The notes: generated by a model not told the origin, from the letters alone. A stretch of 64,000 nucleotides of DNA from Nemertoderma westbladi (GCA_032718475.1 JAUCBJ010003476.1:1-64000), one strand, 5' to 3'. Positions 11,801 through 28,373 are shown, numbered from the stretch's first letter. Program-made: numbers and translations.

Positions 11801-14800
11801 AAAGAATAATTTTCACATTTTCATTATTTTGATGTTTTTCGCAACATGCCATAAGATAAAACATTTATAAAGCGCGGCTTCTTATTAATAAAATATATGA
11901 ATATTACTTAAAATCAAAGTTACAAAGGTTGGTCGCTACACATTTCTTTCTAAAGGTTGACACGGAATTGTGTAACTTGATGACGTATTCCCTGGCCCTG
12001 AAACTGCGTCACGAATATTACATTTTGATCATTTTGTTTCATGAGGTTTCAGAAATCCCGCAACCTTTGGTCTCCTGCTCTGTATTTCTCCGATGTACCC
12101 CAATCACTCACACACAAACACCAGTTGTAGTCTCCGTACCTGAAATTACAATCTCCAATCCCCAATAAAACTAAATCCTCCCAATATTTTTCGTATGATT
12201 GACAGGTAAATCATATGGTTATTGGCAGCCTAGGCAAACAAATCAACCCGACCCCAACACGCTAACATGTGTTCCCTCGAATTATTACTAAACACAGTGT
12301 CCTCAAACACGACCTTGTCATTTGTGTAACGTGTTTCAATCAGCTGTCTACCTTTTACGTGTTACCTGCTCTACAATTGGCCTCGATCTCTCTATCACAA
12401 CTACGGTGTCAGTTTTCTGCTCAAACCAATCTGTCATTCAGTTATCTATCAGTCGCTAATTACCAACTTGTATTTGACCGCTCAGTAAACCATTTATGTT
12501 GTGATTTATTGCCCTCTCGTATGGTGCGAATTATAACAAATAATTTACCCATTTATCAATCAATGGCTTACCTTTTGACAGAGGTTTGTTGAAATTTCAC
12601 GCTATCATATTTACACGTCGAATTTTACTCGATTATAATTTTATTATAATTTTCATATTTTACTGACTTGCTTTTCGTTTGCGTTTGCGATGGCGTTTGC
12701 GAAGCCACTCTACTTGCTGTATCAGAATTTGAAACAGTTCGGTGTTGTTACGTGGTGTGAATCAATGAATATCTTTTATAGTCTGGCGCTTAACCCATTT
12801 ACCGTAAACATAAGTGTGGAGGTGTCATTCTATCTCTCCTGTAAGAATATAATATATGGACTAAAATCTCACTACCCTGCTGTCTGGCAATTTACACGGC
12901 TCTAGATAAGTAGACACACAGTTTATTTTCATAGTGCCATATTCAATATTTGAGGACTTAGGTAGGTCCCATATTAATTTGATTTGACTTCATCGCTACT
13001 TCCAAACATAAATCAAAATCACCCCACCCCTTCCCTTCCCAAAACATAAGTTATTAATAAAACAGAACCTCATGATATTATTAATTAATTAGGGAATACC
13101 CCGTATCTGACTTACTCACTAGACTACAGTCAATCCCAATTATAGACCACACCGCTGGTTGTGGTTCTCTCTGGGTGGGCACTTTTAGCCACTACCAGAA
13201 TGTACTGATAGGTGTATGATTGACATTTACGTCCTATTATCCTTTGTAGCTAATTGAGCCATAGGTAGTTCCCAGTTATTGGCTGGTTACTTCACACATC
13301 TCTATTTCTTCATGGTGGTCTATCCACACTGCCTTTAGCACTCTGTAAACCTATGATTCTAATATCGCACCTCTCCTCTCTCCATTTTTTAACATAAACA
13401 ATAATATGTTTATACTTCCAAAACGTGTTTTCCGTTTAGTGGAATGTTTAGCTGATGTTACCCCAGGAATTATATTTGTCAGGAAATATTGTGTGTTTGT
13501 GTTTATTATTGTGAGTGTGTTTTTGTGTTTAATGTATCTATCAACTTCAGTTCAAGCACAACTTGTGTTTAGAAAACGCCTAAAATTTGACTGCTCTCAC
13601 TCAACAATCTCCCTATCCCCTGCATCGTTTATTAACAGTAAGTAGAATAAGGTATAAAGAACGTACGCAATAATTATTGCATAATCAAAAAACTACACTG
13701 TTTTTACTTCAACCCGATTTACGTAGTAAACGCTCGTAACTAACCCGTGGTGCGTCGGTGTTGTTGGGTTTATTTTTCTGCTCTAGTTTTCAATCGGTTT
13801 TACTGCGACGGTTCACTTAAAGTGCTGTGCTTTGTTCTGAGTCTGACCCTGCCTCGTAACTTAGTTTGCTCACAGATATGTCAATTATTAAAATTTAAAG
13901 TTAAAGTGTGATAGCATTTTTTATAATTTCAATTCTCACCACAAATGTATTATTTTATTTATCCCATCGTACCAGTTAGTTATTCTCATTGGGTGATTAT
14001 GAGTAATGTCGGCCTCTATTGCAAAGTTAATCTCCTAGCGTGTGACCGTTAAGCTGTCCGCGACCTATTTATATATTAGTCTTTACCGGACGCACACGTT
14101 TATGTTAGCCTGTAATCCGGTTCATCTGTCTTCATCCAACAAATCTCTCAATATTCGAGATTGAAAGTTATAGGAAAGACGTGGCACAACGATCGAATTG
14201 TTCTATAACAGGAACTCTTAGTAAATATAAGTTAGGCTTTGAGATTTTGGAGCGCTAGGCTGGTATTTAACGGTGTACTGAACGCACCCACCACCGCGCA
14301 TGCACTGGAATCATTGGAGCGGATTTTACCTGAATAAAAGATTTCTCAATCAGGAAAACCTGCAATCTGGTCCAGAGCTAGTCCCCTTGGCTTACAATGC
14401 AGCCACCCTTGTGTTACATGGTGGGGGAAAGGGGTGAGGGGGGGGGGGGGGGGGGACTAACAATGTTTAACCCGCTTGGTATAGCTAGTATTGATTCTAC
14501 ATTAGCTGATTCAGTTGTAATCACATTTACTGGGCACCCAGCGGGTGGTACAAGCAACCCGTACTCCAGTAGGCTAAAGATTGCTAGCCCCATTCTCTCA
14601 CCATTCTCTCACCCACTCCCGAGAGAGTGTACAATGTTCTCTATACAAAATGGATCAAACGATTATAGAGTTCGAATCTGTGAAATCGAAAATCAGAAAA
14701 TTTTATTATTTTATTTCAAGTGGTTTTTTTTTTATTAAAATATATACACGTGCTATTGTTTCCCTGACCTTCATTTAATAAATACGAGGTTTATATGTTG

Positions 14801-17611
14801 TTTTGTCTTGTTGAGTGGTTCACATGTTATTGTGTTTTGCCCAAAAGAAATAAATAGGCACCACACAGAGCATATTTCTTTATTCGTTTTGTTGTTATAA
14901 GAACGATGGAAAACAGTTATTTGCATGAAATACAATAATTTAATTGTCAAATATGTGTCCGTCACACCGCAAGGGTTCTCAAGAAGTGTGAAGTTTAGTG
15001 TATTTTGATAAACTGAAGTGCGAGTGGTGTTGGTCACAAGTCGTGGAAATTTAACGCAAAATAACCGCAGCAGAATACATTGGCGATAAAAACATCCTTG
15101 TATGGTAATTTGTACACACATACCATGTCCCTGAAAAAATAGAAAACACCTTTCTTAAATTATATTTGCAAAACATAATTGAAAGTCCGCTATTTAACTA
15201 AATGCTAAATAATTAAATAACATATACATTGCATAAAATGATATATATAAATATGAAAACAAAACAGTGCTGTAAAAGAAGAAAACCTTTCAAACGGCAA
15301 AATTTAAGAAGATTTTGTTATCTAAAAAAAAATTCAAATTTCTTGACTTTGACTAAATGACTTGTCTTATATTTCTAATCCTTAACACAATAATTGGAAC
15401 AATTGGAACGTCTCTCGCTAAGTTATAATAAGCTATAAATTATATTTTAGGGGAAGAAATATTATATATTTACGTTTCCACCGCATTTCGGTACTTGTAT
15501 ATAGGAGCAAAGCTATCCGTCGAAGAGAATTTGTTTTGTAAAACTTTTATGGTACTTTGGGATGGAATTATAACAGTTGCAGGTTGACCTACCATAAGAA
15601 ATGAGTTTCTAATCGGAATAGTTCGATTTCTGAATCCCTAGAATACCTTTTCCGTAAACTAGCGCATAGAGAACATCTTCGGTTTGATAAAACGCACTCA
15701 GTGTCTCTTGGCGCACTGCGCGTTGGACACTAACAGTAATCATCCGCACACGGGATTCTTTGGGAAACCTGCCGGCAAAGTAAATCTGATCCGACAAACT
15801 CAGTGTGTCACAAGTTCCGCGTTTAATCTCTATTGGGTGACGCCCTGGGGCGGCTATAAAGTGGGTTTATTTGAGTAAAATATAGTCGCTCAGATTGAGA
15901 AGCTGTCTTCCCCTCTTTACACCGTATTTGCACAACTCAAAACTCGTCAACTTTTTGACAGCTGAGAAGAACCAAAGTATATAAAGATAATAATAACCTA
16001 TGACTTGTCTTTTTATAATTTACTCATTATGTAAAAAAAAACCCAGTGGCAGGCGGGACTAAACTCCGTGTAAATAATATCTTAATAAAAGGTACGTTCA
16101 TTTCTTTGTATTTCTTCTGAATTAAATGATAAATATTATTACATAAAACACATTAACCTCGGCCCTGACATGGGAAAAAGTGTCGAATCATTATCATATT
16201 TTTGAAAAATTAAAATCATAACAGTTTTATATTTAATTTGTACATGAAATTGAGACCTTAGACTATAATATGGTCACCGAAGCCGCAGATATTGACAAAG
16301 ACAAATGTACAAACATATAGAATAAAACACAAAGCTATGTGTGCTTAAGGAGTTCCTGGGGTTTACATTTACGGTCCACTGTGGTCCCCTTACAACGACA
16401 GGCGCGTGCTCCCCTGCAGACAAACAGCGAGTGCTGATGTCCCGTCGTTTGGCTGAGTCACACATCGAGGTAAATACGCCAAATGTCCCGTCGTGAAACT
16501 CTACGAAAACTCAATCCATTTCGATGGTATCCTGACCTCAAATGCTGGGAACACTCTTTCTAAATTCTAATGTCTACCCCCCCCCCCCCCCCCCCCTTTC
16601 TTATTGTCACACAGAGCCTAGGGCAAACTCGCAAAAAATCATTATGAACAACTGCCAAAAGCGAGCCAGAACATTCTGCTAATTGAGGGGTGTAGTATAT
16701 AGTTATAGCGCCTGGTAAACCCCCATTAGACTACAGTCCGTATATAATCCAGGTACAACGAAAGTCCGCTGTTAGCCCCTATTGTTTGCTTTCCATTCCA
16801 TGTGCCTCTTACGCCTTGTCGGTTCTACGGAGCGGCCCTTACTCTCGCCTCCAGTTATATTCGCTCTATTGCCCCACCACCCGTGGTGACAAACTCTTTT
16901 AAACCGCAGTGTTAACATTCGCACCGAAGAATTTCACGCTCCGAGGTATACGAAGTTTCGCTATTGTAAACTTTACCTGTAGATGTTATAATCCAACTCT
17001 TCCGTGGTTATTGTTGGCTTAGGCCCCGTTTTTTAGAGGCCTCGCATACAAAGGGGCTGGAGTTCCGATGCTTGTTGCTGAACATAAGGGGCCTCACACA
17101 CAGATTTAAATGTCTTGATTACACGTCGACGGCCCTAGAAGTGTTTGCGTGGGTTCCCCCATATACTATATAGTTTTAATGATAAGGCGTGGTTGTACCC
17201 ACTCCATCACATCTCAATAGGTATTTATAAACCTTTTAAAACTCTTCACTTTAGAATTGGAGTTAACTTAGGAACTTTAATACTTTCATGGTTTAGAGAC
17301 CTCCGCCCTAAAAAAAATGTTAACGGATTATATACGTTGTATTACAAAGTATACCCATATTACGACAAACGCATTTACAAACACATTAACTATACCTCGA
17401 AATATAACAGCGGTTCTCACAAACGAAGAGCATTATTGTTTTACATTTTAATACAAACACATAAAGATTCTATTGAAAACACGCTTATCGCTTTTTCGCC
17501 GTTTATTTTAGCGTTTCATTATTAATAAAATGGACATTCTTATTCTAAAAGTCATAATTTAAAGTCAATATTTATTAAGTTACATCTATAGAAGAGTATA
17601 CTTAAATGTGA

Positions 17612-17842
<231 letters not shown>

Positions 17843-18168
17843 TAAAATATTGTCAATATAAAATATACGAATTCAATAGTTATATTGATGTCGTGTAAAT
17901 AATAATCAAATAATTATTATTTTGGAAACTGATTTAAAGTTATTTTCGATAATTATAATCAGCATTAATTAAGCATTATTAATTAAGCATAATTTTTATA
18001 TTTATGGGTTGGAATTTTAATATTTTAACTGATTCCGAATTGTCGTAAACCCGAATATTATATAGGCCTAATTACTAAACAATAACAAATCAAGAAGTAC
18101 TTTAAAATATATCAATATAGTTTCGCTGAATAAATTGTTTTTAATCTATCTTTTACATTTACTTTCAG

Positions 18169-18396
18169 TTTCACCCGCAAGTCCACATGAAGACCCCTCC
18201 TCCCGTGGACGTGCCGCCAGCGCCGATGGCCAGCCAATCACACGGCATCACCCACGATCACGTGACCACGGGTATAAACAGCGGAGCGACGTCTCTAAAT
18301 GGACTGTCTAGCTCCCTGACAGACTGGTACGTTGGCAGCATACCAACACCCCCCAGCACCCAACACTCACCCTCGTCACCCCTATCCCATGTTTGA
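18169..18396 (+). CDS. Zic: Zic exon 3 (last ZF5 His and C-terminus)
   Basis: Acceptor ACTTTCAG, phase 0. Reads FHPQVHMKTPPP...SSSLTDWYVGSIPTPP..HV*; LTDWYV matches the Zic C-terminal (N/S)EWYV motif. Confidence 0.9.
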   Translation, partial: FHPQVHMKTPPPVDVPPAPMASQSHGITHDHVTTGINSGATSLNGLSSSLTDWYVGSIPTPPSTQHSPSSPLSHV

Positions 18397-19979
18397 TCGA
18401 TGCACCCCTTAATGGTGATTGTTGTAATCATTTACTGTTTGCCACATATTGTTGCACTGTCGTGGAATAACTGCACTCCCCCCATATACTAATACTTTGC
18501 AGTATACTTGCTGTCTGTGTCACTGACTCAGATAAAAAATCGTCGTCGACATCTTATGTTATATTAACTTCGCACGCATCATTCATAATTACCGTCGACA
18601 TTCGTAACTGCATTTAAGCGAATATTAAGCGCAAACTTTTAATATTGTTTTTTCTTTCTCTTCGCAGACTGTGCAATAATATTATATTATGTAATATATT
18701 GGTAAATATGTTATTTGCATGCATCACAACGCATCTTGTAGTTTTATTTTGCAATGTTAATTTATTATGTTATTATCAGCTTCATTGCAGCTTGTTACTT
18801 AGGCATATATCTTATAAACCTATATACAATATATACAGTTATTTATATATACAAATATACATGGTTTACAGTATATATTCACAACTGTGTATAACATAAA
18901 TTAATTTCCCAGATATGGTAAATCTTTTCGTTGAAAAAACGAATATATTTATATGTCAAAAATTTCGGAACAATGCACTTTATTGCTAAAGTGTACAGTG
19001 TTCACCAAAATAACAGGCTATGAAGAATATCAAAATAGTAAAAATGTTCCAGATAATACTTTCTGAAAGATTTAATTAATATACTAATATGATATATATT
19101 ATATAAAAATAATATGTTATTTGAGAAGTCATAATAATAGAATTAAGTAGTTAGACAAAGATACTTGTTATTTTTCAATAGGTTTTGTTTGTAATACAAA
19201 GTTTTCTATAATTGTTTTATATTTTGGGTAAGGTAGGGAGGGATTTGTTATAGTAAATTTATGTTGAATTGCAATAACATTGTTAGGTGAATAACTTTAT
19301 ATATTTAGAGTCTATACCGGCCTTTTAATATAATAATATATCTTATTAGTTAAGTTAGTATATAGTAGAGTAACTAATTAATTAATTAACATTACTTTAA
19401 GAACTTATATTTTACAACAAATTTTCCCCGCTGTATACAAAAAATAATTTTATATGATTTTGTTTTACGGCTGTTTTCGCAAAAACAAAACTGTTGTTTA
19501 CAAAAAGCCTAAAAATATTTAATAATGTTTATGATTCTAAATTTCTCTGATTTCACTGAATAGTTTTCCAACTATAAACAATTTCCTAATCTTATTATTA
19601 ACCTTCTATCGTGTTGCGGGCCTAATTATATTAATATAGTTTATTCCATTATGTATGAATTAGCGAAATTGGCCATATAATACGAATATAACGTAAATAT
19701 ATAACCTTATTTATAATTATGCTATATTATATATACATTTTCTTATGAGTGGGTCTATGGAATTGGGATTAGAATTAAAACTATACATGGGAAAAAAAAA
19801 GTAGAACTTTTTTCACTATTCTCGAGAGCTACAACGAGGTTAATTAAGGGTCGAGATAATATTGACAAAAATTGTTCTACCTTTTTTCTCATGTAATACG
19901 TAATTTTAATCTTAAATTGTTACTTTATATTTGTTGCTCAATTCATTAATAAAACATACAGCGATAGGGGAAAAATAAA

Positions 19980-20280
19980 TTGAACTGTAGTATTTTACTA
20001 TAATGCTTCCATAAGGTACAGCGATTTCAATTATCGTACTCTTCAACTCTCGATGTTGCCTTACTCAATGTTAAATAATTTAGTGTTCTCGAGTATTTAT
20101 TACATAACTAGAGAGCCGCTTAACTACCTAAACCAACATTGGATATTGAATTCCGTTTTGGAGTTCGCCTTGCAGACACTTAAGTTGCAATAACTTTTAA
20201 GTGTGAATGGATTTTGTTCGAATTACGTGCAAACCTTTTCTACGTCGATGCTCTTTCAACACATATGTAATAAAATTTAA
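19980..20280. repeat. Dispersed repeat copy 2 (downstream of Zic)
   Basis: Same-orientation match to 11515-11800. Confidence 0.65.
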
Positions 20281-21268
20281 GAAATGCGAAATTCCACCAA
20301 AATATTATATTTTACATTTTCTCCGGGAAAAAAAGTAAAATCAATGCAATCCTATATGGGTTAATTTTTGTTTGGGTTTATTCGAGCGAAAAAGTAACAA
20401 TTTAAGAATAAAAATATTAACCGAACCTTTTAGAAAAGCAACGACTTTTGTATATGGCAAAAACAATCAAATCTCCAAGGCTATCATATCATATCATATC
20501 ACTCTATATCACTATCACTCTACTATTATAGTAGTAGGCAGAGTAACATTGATGACAAACAAATACTCTTGCACGATAAACACTGTAGGGGTACAGACCC
20601 TACTGTGACTACATCACCCCAATACCGCAAATTTTGGTATACCACCGCGGTGAGGCCAGTGACAAAGCAACATGTAGAAATATTCTTGTATATAATTACT
20701 CTGATCATTGGCAATATACACCGCGTGGTGCAGTATACAGAGACACCGGTAGCTATCATCTTCCTAGCTATCTATAAGCCTAAAGTACTGCGGGTGACCA
20801 ATCGATATACGGGATGCCCGACAATATACAATAGAAGATCGCTCGTCACTCCATAACACCCCCCGCTGTCAGGTTGTAAGTAGGCGACTTGTGCAACAAG
20901 TTTCCGAGAAATATTACGCTGTAGAGAGAAGCAGAAATTGTTACAATGTTTTCTATACGCGACCGGGCGGTCGGGCGATGATGGAGTTGGACGCAATTAG
21001 CCAGCGTCAATCGTTATTGATGAGATGTCACAATAAGGTATTAGCAGCACTAGAGGCAATAAATGATTGTAGTTAGTTAATATACGAAAAACAACCAAAT
21101 ATTCAAATAACTATTCATTGAATAGTTATTGTATGAAAGATTTGGGAACAAAAATATAGTTATCCATTATGCGTTTAACGTTGTCATAACTATGTGGAAT
21201 CTGAAAGGGGAAAATTGGTGCAAATGCCATGTCACAAATTCATATTAATTTATATGTTAAATTATCCA

Positions 21269-21540
21269 TTAAGGGAAAGCAGCAGGTTACAGAGGCACGT
21301 TTTTCTAACCAAAGCAATAAATGAAAGTCAATAGACATGATACAGTTTTATTTTTGGGAGTTATATACTATAGATGAACCAGGCAGATACGGGAAATATG
21401 AGGGGGATATAAAAATTGACCCCCCCCCCCCCCCCCTTTAGGGCGAAATCGACATAAATACACTGAATCCTGTGCTATTGACTTACGTTTATTATTTTGG
21501 TTAGAAAAAAGTGAAACTGTAACCTGTTCCTTCCCCTTAC
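21269..21540. mobile_element. MITE with TTAAGGG..CCCTTA ends
   Basis: Inverted arms CAGGTTACAG..TCTAACCAAA..AATAAA / TTTATT..TTTGGTTAGA..CTGTAACCTG. Related right-arm copies occur at ~2960-3017 and ~50364-50412, and a partial one at ~1880. Confidence 0.7.
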
Positions 21541-24500
21541 TTGATAAATAAATTTGTTTTTGCCGATATTGTAATTATAATATTATAAAACGGGAGATGG
21601 AATATAGGACCCTATGGGCGGCTATGTTACAGATCAACAAATAATATACCCCCCCCCCCCCCCCCCCCCCCCCTCTCCTTAATGGCAATAACTTACGAAT
21701 TCGTATACGTCAACTCAAAACATGACCAGTTATTTATATTTATATTTCTTTATAGGTACCACTGATACCACAAGTGAGTGATGTTTTCCCCAGCACTGCC
21801 TTACACAAACTTTATTGGGGTCGAAAAGTATTCCTTTATATAAGTTTGTGAGGCAAAAAACGATGAAAAAATCAACGACGCATTGAACCTAATGGTGAAT
21901 GTTTATGGTGCTGTTAGCTAGCTCATTTATGGGAGTTGAAGAAATTTAATTAATACCACACCCGTGTGACTCATGCAGTAGACTTTTTTTTATAATTGTT
22001 CTGTGAATTCTGTGTGCAAATGCAATAATTAAATTAACGAACTATATTGTTATACCTTTTACCGTCTAACAGTAAACGTTTCAGTGTTACTAACTGTCAC
22101 TGTATTTTTTCTATTTTATAATATTGGCAATGGTTTAAAACTGACTGACATCAGTATGTATGTGTACCTAAATTAATTATAGTAATTACCAACAAACTTG
22201 TAATAAAAAAGCCTTGAATACAACCAAAGTTCTCTCCGTATAACAAGGCCAAGGCCCTGAAAAACATACATCACTTCTGTCCCCTTTTCATGCGACCTGT
22301 TATCAAAAAGTTTTCCCATTGTCATCTAAGAGGCTGTTAACCACAGCTTTACCACGCACCCGGTACGCAACAAGGGCCTATTACCCAATTATCAAACCGT
22401 CAAACACCTTAGGCAAGTTTGCAATCTCCTTACACTTAGAAAACGCTGGCTACAGAAGCCACCTCCAACACGTAGAGGGCCTGTGTCAAGCCCCTTTTGA
22501 GGAACAACAAAAGCAGCTTTAGCACCATGGGTGTCCGGGCTGTCATAGCCAAACGGGCACTCCAGACCCCTTAATTGCCCCTCGTTGGCACCTAAACTCC
22601 GAGGCTTTGGCCCCCTCCCCCAGGCACTCTGTGGGTGTCAAGGACCCCCTATCGCTCCTAACGTTTATATAGAGGCCTCAACCAATGCCTTCGCCTAAAC
22701 ATCGCGTGTCAGCGAACCTGGTTATTATGGACTACCCGGGACTACTGCTTACACGCACTAGCTGACTTATTGATTATTACTGGCTTACAATCTATAAAAC
22801 TTACAGTTGCCCACTTTATGGTCATAAACTCCTCAGAGACAATTTCATGGGAGAATTTTAGTAACGTTGGTGATTTTTATTGAAAATTGAATTAGATTTC
22901 AATATATTTTTTCGTCGTTAATACAATAAACGCCGTTACTACCATCAGTAAGTTAATAGCGTCACTTCTAGTCAATTTTATAAATTGAATTTCGGACCGC
23001 AAACAGGGTGGTTTTTTTGTCCCGAGTTGTGGGGGAGCCCGTACATGTATCATTGGGGTAGCGAGGCGCATATCAGCGGGGGTTACATTAGGTAAACGCT
23101 CCAAGGTTCATTAGCAATCTTATTGGCTCACATCCTACGTTCTATGTGGATAGATTCTTTCCTCCAAGGACATGACGTGCGGTGTATATGTTTAATTTGG
23201 GAAACGTCCTGATTCTGTGTTTTTGTGGTTTGTGGCGTGTAAAGACTCAAATGATTATTAACTCTTTAGTTTTTGACATAACAGGCCACCAACACCAAAG
23301 TCGCCTTTAATTATCATTTCTACAGACTCTTCAACGCTTGTATAATACGGTTAAAATTGTCGCGACAATTTAAATATAATCAATTAACCCATCATTATTT
23401 AATTCTTAACTGAACTATCTCTTTTCGCTCGTATAACTTCATTTTATTTAGTATATAAATTATTGTTATTAGGGGAATCGTAATTATATGGTTATATTAA
23501 AATAATTAAATTAATAAATGTATATTATTAATTAATAAGCAATGATATGATATTTGGTAACAAATAACAGTGCATAATATTTGAATATATTAAACGTTTA
23601 TTATTAACTATTCTTGGTACACGCATATTTGGTATTTAAAACAAAGAAGTGTTAATTTAGTAAATTAAATGCCAAAATAAAAATATATATCATATGAAAA
23701 ACTAAATATTTTTCTTTTAATACATATCGTATTGTCGTGTCGAACAAAATATGTAAATACTACTCTATAAAGCAGTATCGGGGGGGGGGGCATCTGGCCC
23801 TCCTGTATCATGACGTTCGCCAATCGTTAGTTATTCCAGTTAAATGTTCACTATGCTATGATAAGATGTACGCATACCTTCCAAACATCTACTGTTTTCC
23901 TAGAAAAGAATAACCGCATGAGGCGTAGCAATGTTTGGACCAAACAACAGTAAGAAAAAATTTATGCTGAAGCCAATAAGTTTTCGTTATGCAATAAATA
24001 TGTGTGTTAGTTAACATGCCAATTGAAACGTGCTAACGCCACTCCCAGGGAAACCAAACCTAACATTCCTAAACACATTCCATCGTATCGTGACTAGCAT
24101 TCCAAACACAGGGCTAGAAAATAATCTTCTTAAAGCAACAAGGTGGGCGGGCAACATATGGGTTTACAGCCAGGTACACCACTGAGTGATTGACAACCGG
24201 GATCCGATAGCCGAAACAAGGCTCCTGTGTGAGAGAGGGATTGACCTAGTCTTATTACCCATCAGTTACCCATACAGGAGGGTCTGTCTATCTCCCTGCC
24301 AATCAATCCAGCCTACCCCTGTGTTTATGTACTCCCGTCTAGTTGACTCCAGGAGTAGTAATGTAATTATTGACTGCCTGGGTAGATGTATGGTGCTTAT
24401 TTTTTTGAGGACAAGATGGAATTTATAGCTGTCAGGAGTTATGTGTTTGTTTGACAGACGTTTAAGAAATGTAAGGCATCTCTGTAGTTTTTCAATAATC

Positions 24501-27221
24501 TGTTGTGATGTGAAAACTGATAAAATATAATAAAACTGCCATAGTTACGGAAAATTTTGTTGAAATGCCTCGGGCTGAGGTACATCAGCAAGTTAAGTAT
24601 TACTTCCGCTAATAAAATGGATGTCATGTGTACTAGGATGAAGTCTGCCACTGTCGGTAATCATGTAGTCCAAGCACAGGCTAAAGTTGTCATAATCACA
24701 AGACACGTGAAACATATCTAGGGCAGTCACTATTTAATACTCACTATTTAATAGTCACTACTACCTAGTAGTAGTAATCAGACCTTGAAATAGAAGTGGC
24801 AGTGGCGTGCCACCCCTTCTCTAAATGTAAATCTCTAGAGATGATGTTAACACATTCATCGGGTCTTTCGGTTCTCAGACAGTTTGAGTCTCTGTGGTAC
24901 GACTCACAGACATAGAGTCGGCAGGAAACGAGACAGAGATATATTTAATTTTTTTAGGCGATTTAAATTGATATTAATTATTAATCTTAATTTGATTCAG
25001 AGATAAATATTGGCGTACTTCTTAAAACCTTGAGGACAATGACTATATCCGATGATCATTACTCAAATTAATTATTAATACTTATTGGATTATAAAGAGG
25101 TTTTATCTTAAATAAGTAATATAAACGACCAATCACAACCTAGGGTTGGATTTATTAAGGTTGAATTCACAGCAAACTCGATTCAATAGGTTAATTAGTG
25201 TTAGCGTTGAATCTCCATCCATTGGGGTTGGATGGCAGGGGGTGCTATTGTCTGATTATTTGAGGCTTGTAGCTGCGTTCTTCATCTTTATGTAAATATC
25301 TCAGCTGTGACCATGCGTTAGGCCTACCCACTCAAATTGTCGCTAATATCGATTAAATAAACATACCGCCTTTTGTCCGGGAAACAATTTTCTCCACGGG
25401 TGTTCGTGTTTCGATGGGGTGGGACTCTGCATATCAGAGGAATTAGTTCTTCCTTGACAATCGATCCAAGATCTCTTGGTCTCACTCCCGGAACCCACTG
25501 GGTCTCAGATATTTACACAATAGCCATTCCGGGGGCCTTAATTGCTTTCAGTTTCTGACAACTACCAGTTGTGTCCGACAGCTCATGTTGCTGTAAATAC
25601 AGACGCGGCGTGATGATCGACAGTTCCCATTGTTGAAATAAAGTTCCGTAAAGAAACTCGATAAAACACTTCCCGCTTACGGGGAGAACTCATTGTTACT
25701 ATTGTTTCATTTAAAATAAAAAAAATGCAGATATTCTGCCCTCGGGTGTATTCAGATATTTTTTTTGTGTTTTATCTACTTAAATTGCGATACTTCCTTG
25801 AACGACATAATTTATCTTGATATTTTCAAAATTTGGAATTCTCTCTCGTTCGTTTCCTATAACGGATGTATATATCCCCTTATGGCCCCTTATGTTTAAT
25901 CAAAAATTATATACAACAACAACAGTAATAATAATTGAACTATCGCATATTCATTTTTAATTCAATTAACATATTCAACCTGAAGACAAAACTTGACAAT
26001 GTTGGCTGTAAGTGTATAATATCCACATATCTCTCTCCGGAGAATAATACACACAAACTTATATGTTCGGAGTCAATTAATTATACGGACAATCAAGCAG
26101 GCATTCTCTAAGCCAAAGAGGAGAACTTCAATCATTATATGGTCCGGTACAGTGAATAGGAGACGATTTTACTATAAAGATATAGTAGGACAATAGGAGA
26201 TGAGTCCTATCGTAGCGAAAGCCAACCTAAACGCCATTGCCAAGTCGCTGTCACTCTAGGCCTATTGGATTGCCCGCATGAATGAAACACAGCAAGACCA
26301 CACGTAGAATCAATAGGTTGTAGGCGGGGGATGTGTGACTCCGTGCCTTCAGTTATATAGGTGTTTAGTGGAGCACTGTTGTGTATTATAATCAATAAAA
26401 GAATTCTTAAGAGTATCCCGGGGCTTTATCTTTGGGCAGGGATGGGGCAGAGCGATTGAGCGACAGGGGGTTCATACTGACCTATTGACACGGTTGCCAC
26501 CCCCCATGACAGCAGACACAATACGAACCAACCTCCATCCCCACACACTCCGAGACACAGCCCCACCCCCCACAAGTTCCACTATTAACAAATTTCTTAC
26601 ATGATCGACATGGTCTGGCCCCTGGGTCAACCTTTCCAAGTTCGACGATGGTGTACCCAAGACCAGTCTCCTTGATAAACAGGTGAAGGAAAGATTAATT
26701 TCAAATTAAATATTTCAATAAAATTTCGAACGGAAAGAATCTGATATTATTTACGTCAGCGGTTTTTTTATAGTTAAATGGGCAGAGAAAATAATCTGAA
26801 GTCGGGGCAGTTACCACTAGATCGTGATCAGGTTGATTTTCCTGGTATAACAATTACCAGTTAAGCGGCAGTGTTTTTGGGTCGGCCTTGGTTTGGAAAT
26901 TAGGTGTGACTATAATTGCAGTGCGCCTCATTGGTTATATGTGGGGCGCGTCTAATAACGTGTACTCTGGGAGTATGCACCATCCATGGATCCCATAGAA
27001 AATAGGTCTACGAATGCCACCCCCTACCACCGCCCAAAATACAAGACATCTCAAGATCTTATTGATGCCAAACCGTAAACTTATTTACGATTAGTGAGCA
27101 ATAATAACCAAAAGTTCCATAATCAACATACGGAAAAAAGTGAATATCTAATCTTATTGCTCAATGATCACATGTGAGATCTACTAAAATGATTTGTATG
27201 CAACAAACTAGAGCTAAGGGA

Positions 27222-27252
<31 letters not shown>

Positions 27253-28373
27253 ACATGGTACAATGCTCCCACCCTCTTACATTGGTTTTATGAAAGTAAT
27301 GTCATGTTTACATCAGTAACATAATAAAATCAAGCTCGCTTTCGCTTAGTCTGCCGTTTAGATGTGCACTCACATAACCTGCTGCGAATGCAAATACAAC
27401 GATTTTAAACCCCAGTCTAGGAAGCTATGCTGCAGTAACGCCTGTTACATAGCAGCCTTCCAGACGCACTTAGAGTTGCCCACAATGGACCGTCACCTGC
27501 TCGGTATCAGAGGACCCCTGTAGACAAACCTTTTCCGTGACAGTTGGACACCAACTCCACCAACTCCACTCACACCGGGGGTTCCATACGCTCAGTTATT
27601 CCCAACATGTATATTTCCTTATCAATATTTCCTAGGGTGCCCCTACTGTTAGTACCGGTATGGATACCAAGCAGTACCACTTACATGACAACAATGTAAG
27701 CTTCTCTGATAAGATGAGTTATATCTTTCTATGAACGTCCGCGGGATCTTATTATGAATCTGGGAGGGGGTAAAATGATTTGGTTGGCCGAAGGAGGGGG
27801 GCACATGAGAAAAATAAACGAACTTCATATTTGATAGGAGAGATTAATTATTAACGTTGGGCGGCCTAATGCGATTCATATTAAATGTGGTATGATAAAA
27901 TTAAATAACGTAACGATTTTACTATATAAATTAATAATTAATCTAATAATTTTATCTAATAATAATAAATTTATATAATATTAATTTTAATATAATCAAT
28001 ATTACTTCAGGGTTTTGGAGGTAAATGTATCTAATTTATTCTAGAAACTCATACCACAGACCGCACTGTAACCAGATACCGGATGTGTTTTACTTGGGAC
28101 GTTCTCGAGATATAGTTACTAGCTTGTTCCTCTGATAGAAGATGGATGGCGCACCGCCTTTCCTACCATCAACGACAGTTCGTTTCAGAGGCCTACGAAT
28201 CACAAAATCTTGTAATATAGAAAGTATTGATTCGCCCGTAACTTTGTACACAATTAAATGGAAAATCATTAAAAAAATGAAACGAAAATATATATTATTG
28301 TTATGATTCAGTTTTATAAGTAACTGTATAATTCCAGTCGCCCATATGCGTTGACGTCCAGGTGGGATCAACT